Source: Gammaproteobacteria bacterium
GTDB lineage: Bacteria > Pseudomonadota > Gammaproteobacteria > GCA-002705445 > GCA-002716945
Length of the DNA: 64,000 nucleotides
Assembly (NCBI GenBank): GCA_045561295.1
Contig: JBJKYD010000010.1
Location: 64,001 to 128,000, forward strand
Reading direction: 5' to 3'
Part shown: in pieces, positions 61,333 through 64,000 of the stretch
How positions within the stretch are numbered: the stretch's first letter is position 1
Layout of the letters: each line of letters opens with the position of its first letter
Position numbers and translations under genes: made by a program
The notes under the pieces: generated by a model
Databases searched by the model: none
What the model was told of the DNA's origin: nothing
Seen by the model: only the letters and a program-made list of their open reading frames with translations

Positions 61333-62343
61333 TTGAACAATATATTATTTAAACTTTATCAAAAAATTGCTTTTCTTGGGGATGCAGAGAAAGTACACAA
61401 TATTTCTCTGCCCATTCTTGAATTTGTATATAAAAGTTATTTTGGAAAAGTTTTTCATAAGAAAATAATCAGTAAAAAAACAAAACAATTTGATATTTCA
61501 TTTGACAACCCTGTTGGTCTAGCCGCAGGATTTGATAAAAACGCTGATTATTTGAATTTTCTGTCCAATATAGGATTTGGATTTATAGAAGTTGGGACAT
61601 TAACGCCAAAACCACAGCCAGGTAATCCAAAGCCCAGAGTCTTTAGAGTAATAAATGAACAAGCTATCATCAATCATCTTGGCTTTAATAATAAAGGTAT
61701 AGATCATGGAATTAATCAAATTAAGAAGTTTAATAAAAATATTCCTATAGGCATCAATATTGGCAAAAATGCAACCACTGATATTAAAGATGCTTTTCGT
61801 GACTATGAATATTGCCTTAGAAAATCATATTCCGTAGCAGATTATATTACATTGAATATTTCATCCCCAAATACAAAAAATTTGAGGGATTTACAATCAG
61901 TAAGTAATATGGAAAGCTTTCTTGACTCAATAAAAATATTACATAATAATTTAAAAAAAGTTTATAAGAAACATACCCCTTTGGTTGTAAAAATAGCTCC
62001 AGATATTGAAGAAGAACCGCTTAAGGACTTGTTAAATCTTGTTAATAGTTATGATATTGATGGAATAATTTGTACCAATACAACTATAGATAAAACTAAC
62101 TTAGATCATAAATTCAAAAATATTCAGGGAGGATTAAGTGGCAAGCCTTTATATGAAAAATCAAACATTGTTCTTAAAAATGTAAAAAAACATTTGAATG
62201 ATGATATTACCATTATAGGTGTAGGTGGTATAGATTCTGCTTCATCCGCAAATGAAAAGTTTAAATTGGGGGCAAACCTCGTTCAGCTTTACACTGGTCT
62301 AGTGTACAAAGGACCAAATCTAATCAAAAACATTTTAAATTAA
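61333..62343 (+). CDS. pyrD: Dihydroorotate dehydrogenase (quinone, class 2)
   Basis: NPVGLAAGFDK, QPGNPKPR, NIGKN, NISSPNT, VKIAPD, GGLSG, VQLYTG; TTG start. Confidence 0.95.
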   Translation: MNNILFKLYQKIAFLGDAEKVHNISLPILEFVYKSYFGKVFHKKIISKKTKQFDISFDNPVGLAAGFDKNADYLNFLSNIGFGFIEVGTLTPKPQPGNPKPRVFRVINEQAIINHLGFNNKGIDHGINQIKKFNKNIPIGINIGKNATTDIKDAFRDYEYCLRKSYSVADYITLNISSPNTKNLRDLQSVSNMESFLDSIKILHNNLKKVYKKHTPLVVKIAPDIEEEPLKDLLNLVNSYDIDGIICTNTTIDKTNLDHKFKNIQGGLSGKPLYEKSNIVLKNVKKHLNDDITIIGVGGIDSASSANEKFKLGANLVQLYTGLVYKGPNLIKNILN

Positions 62344-62344
62344 G

Positions 62345-62638
62345 TTACTCTGGTTTCCATTTCCCATATGCATCTTCACCAGGTTGACTAGTCGACTGAG
62401 CATTGTCCTGTTGCGAAGCGTTTGACTGCTGGTCATAAACATATTGAGTAAATTCAATAAGTTGTTTTAGTATATCGTCTCTATCTTTTTTTGGAATATC
62501 TGCTGTTGCTACTATTGACCCAACAACTGCAGACAAATACTGGGATGCAAGAATAGGATCTTCATTTTTAGGCTCATACTCGACAAGTACCTTCTGTAAT
62601 CCCTTAAGTAATTCAGGTTTTAATATAATTTCGGTCAT
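62345..62638 (-). CDS. Small hypothetical protein
   Basis: 97-aa ORF filling the gap; helical, with a Q-rich linker and a C-terminal AYGKWKP motif. Confidence 0.7.
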   Translation of the reverse strand: MTEIILKPELLKGLQKVLVEYEPKNEDPILASQYLSAVVGSIVATADIPKKDRDDILKQLIEFTQYVYDQQSNASQQDNAQSTSQPGEDAYGKWKPE

Positions 62639-62671
62639 AATGTTAAGAAACTATATTATAATGATATTTAT

Positions 62672-63367
62672 ATGCAAGTTAATTCTACATTATCAGTTAA
62701 GACATTTGATGTTGGTCCAATGTTAAATATGATTTATCTTATCTGGGATAAGAAAACTAAAGAAGCTGCTTTAGTTGATCCTGCATGGGATCTTAGTCAG
62801 GTGCTTGATTTTATCAAAAAAAATAATATTAATCTTAAAAAAATACTTTTGACGCATAGTCATCATGATCATGTAAACTCGGTTGATAAATTACTAAGTC
62901 TTTATGATGTTCCTATTTATATAAATAAAATAGAGGCTAGTTTCTGGGGGAAGAAGTACGATAACTTGACAGGTTTAGATTCAGAAGAAAATATTTATTT
63001 AGGAAAATCTAAGTTAACATCAATTCATACTCCAGGACATACGCCAGGGTCATGTTGTTACTCTTTTGATAACAATCTTATAGCTGGTGATACGCTATTT
63101 GTATTTGGTTGCGGTCGATGCGACCTTCATGGAGGTAATCCTGAACAAATGTTTGAATCACTCAAGAACTTAAAAAATAATTTTCATAAAAATACGATTA
63201 TTATGCCTGGTCATAATTATTCTATAAGTAGACAATCGACTCTTGAAGAAGAAATTAGTGGTAATCCTTTTTTTAATTTTAATAACCTAAAAGAGTTTGT
63301 TAAGTATCGTATGCACGATCATGACAAAACCAGAGAGGAACCATATGCGCCAATCAGATCGTGTTAG
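62672..63367 (+). CDS. Metallo-beta-lactamase fold hydrolase (glyoxalase II-like)
   Basis: THSHHDH, HTPGHTPG, GDTLF..GCGR, PGHNY. Confidence 0.9.
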   Translation: MQVNSTLSVKTFDVGPMLNMIYLIWDKKTKEAALVDPAWDLSQVLDFIKKNNINLKKILLTHSHHDHVNSVDKLLSLYDVPIYINKIEASFWGKKYDNLTGLDSEENIYLGKSKLTSIHTPGHTPGSCCYSFDNNLIAGDTLFVFGCGRCDLHGGNPEQMFESLKNLKNNFHKNTIIMPGHNYSISRQSTLEEEISGNPFFNFNNLKEFVKYRMHDHDKTREEPYAPIRSC

Positions 63368-63846
63368 CTTTGGAAACCAGCTTTAAATTTTAATAACAGT
63401 TTTCTTACTAAATTTCGATTTATCGACTCAATTGCTGTATTTTCTCTTTCTCTTGTCCCTTGCATTTGAGATTCATTAAAGTCATATGATGCGCTTGCTT
63501 TCAATGTTCCAGAAATAATATTTTCTTTAGAATAAATAAATTGATATTTAATGATTTTATTGATTTCATATTCATCTACTCTTCCAGACGAATTGACTGA
63601 TAATTGTCTTTTTTTACTTTCAATGCTTAGTAGTTTAATGGCAGGGTACATAGATTCATTAAGAGAATCTTTTCTATATGCTAATAATTTCTGTTCTAAT
63701 ATTCTTGTTAAACTATTTTTGTTGTCAGCTATGATTTTTACGTTTTCTAGCCCTTCAATGTTCACAGACCCTCTTAATTGATAACCACATGACGAAATAG
63801 ATACAATTATAATAGTTGTTAATAATAATGATTTTAATTGTTTCAT
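63364..63846 (-). CDS. lptE: LPS assembly lipoprotein
   Basis: Lipobox ISSC followed by GYQLRG; directly downstream of leuS. Confidence 0.88.
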   Translation of the reverse strand: MKQLKSLLLTTIIIVSISSCGYQLRGSVNIEGLENVKIIADNKNSLTRILEQKLLAYRKDSLNESMYPAIKLLSIESKKRQLSVNSSGRVDEYEINKIIKYQFIYSKENIISGTLKASASYDFNESQMQGTRERENTAIESINRNLVRKLLLKFKAGFQS

Positions 63847-64000
63847 TTGATTACAAAATTAACTAATTTGTTTGATATATAAATTGTTTTAATAATATTC
63901 TTATCTTTAATCAACTCTAATACTTTTTTATCTTCCTCAGCAAGCTTTATAACTTCTTTTTCGTTTGAACCAGGGCTAACATTTATCTTGCTCCTAAGCT
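63843..64000 (-). CDS. leuS: Leucyl-tRNA synthetase C-terminus (partial)
   Basis: Translated by hand: LRSKINVSPGSNEKEVIKLAEEDKKVLELIKDKNIIKTIYISNKLVNFVIK*; stop overlaps the lptE start. Confidence 0.85.
   Translation of the reverse strand, partial: LRSKINVSPGSNEKEVIKLAEEDKKVLELIKDKNIIKTIYISNKLVNFVIK

Noticed and set aside
1-64000. CRISPR arrays, tRNA/rRNA genes, IS elements, prophage or defence systems
   Set aside because: No repeat-spacer periodicity, cloverleaf, transposase, integrase or phage genes were seen, and intergenic spaces are short and mostly accounted for.

Overview
AT-rich, very compact chromosomal segment, most likely from a streamlined marine gammaproteobacterium (inferred from gene content and order). 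Most of it is housekeeping: ptsI, argDF, mpl, ilvD, rnd, ampDE, nrdAB, tldD/pmbA, yhdP, proA, nadCD, pyrD, lptE and leuS. No rRNA, tRNA, CRISPR array or mobile element was seen. The notable parts are: (1) a ~12.6 kb phosphate island (phoR-pstS-aqpS-pstCAB-phoU-phoB-ppk1-ppx-arsC-porin) with clear Pho boxes and built-in arsenic detoxification genes; (2) the best candidate for a new system, a structured RNA in the 3' UTR of the Pho-box-controlled porin that is antisense to the ribosome-binding region of a paralogous porin 26 kb away, suggesting a phosphate-starvation porin switch; (3) an unannotated 49-aa membrane protein coupled between nrdA and nrdB; (4) a class II cobalamin riboswitch whose ribosome-binding site points at a 7-codon mini-ORF instead of btuB; (5) an Irr-type regulator and a perfect ICE operator on a rubrerythrin operon; (6) an mcl-mtkAB malyl-CoA module. 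All calls come from reading motifs by eye; no database search or folding computation was run.
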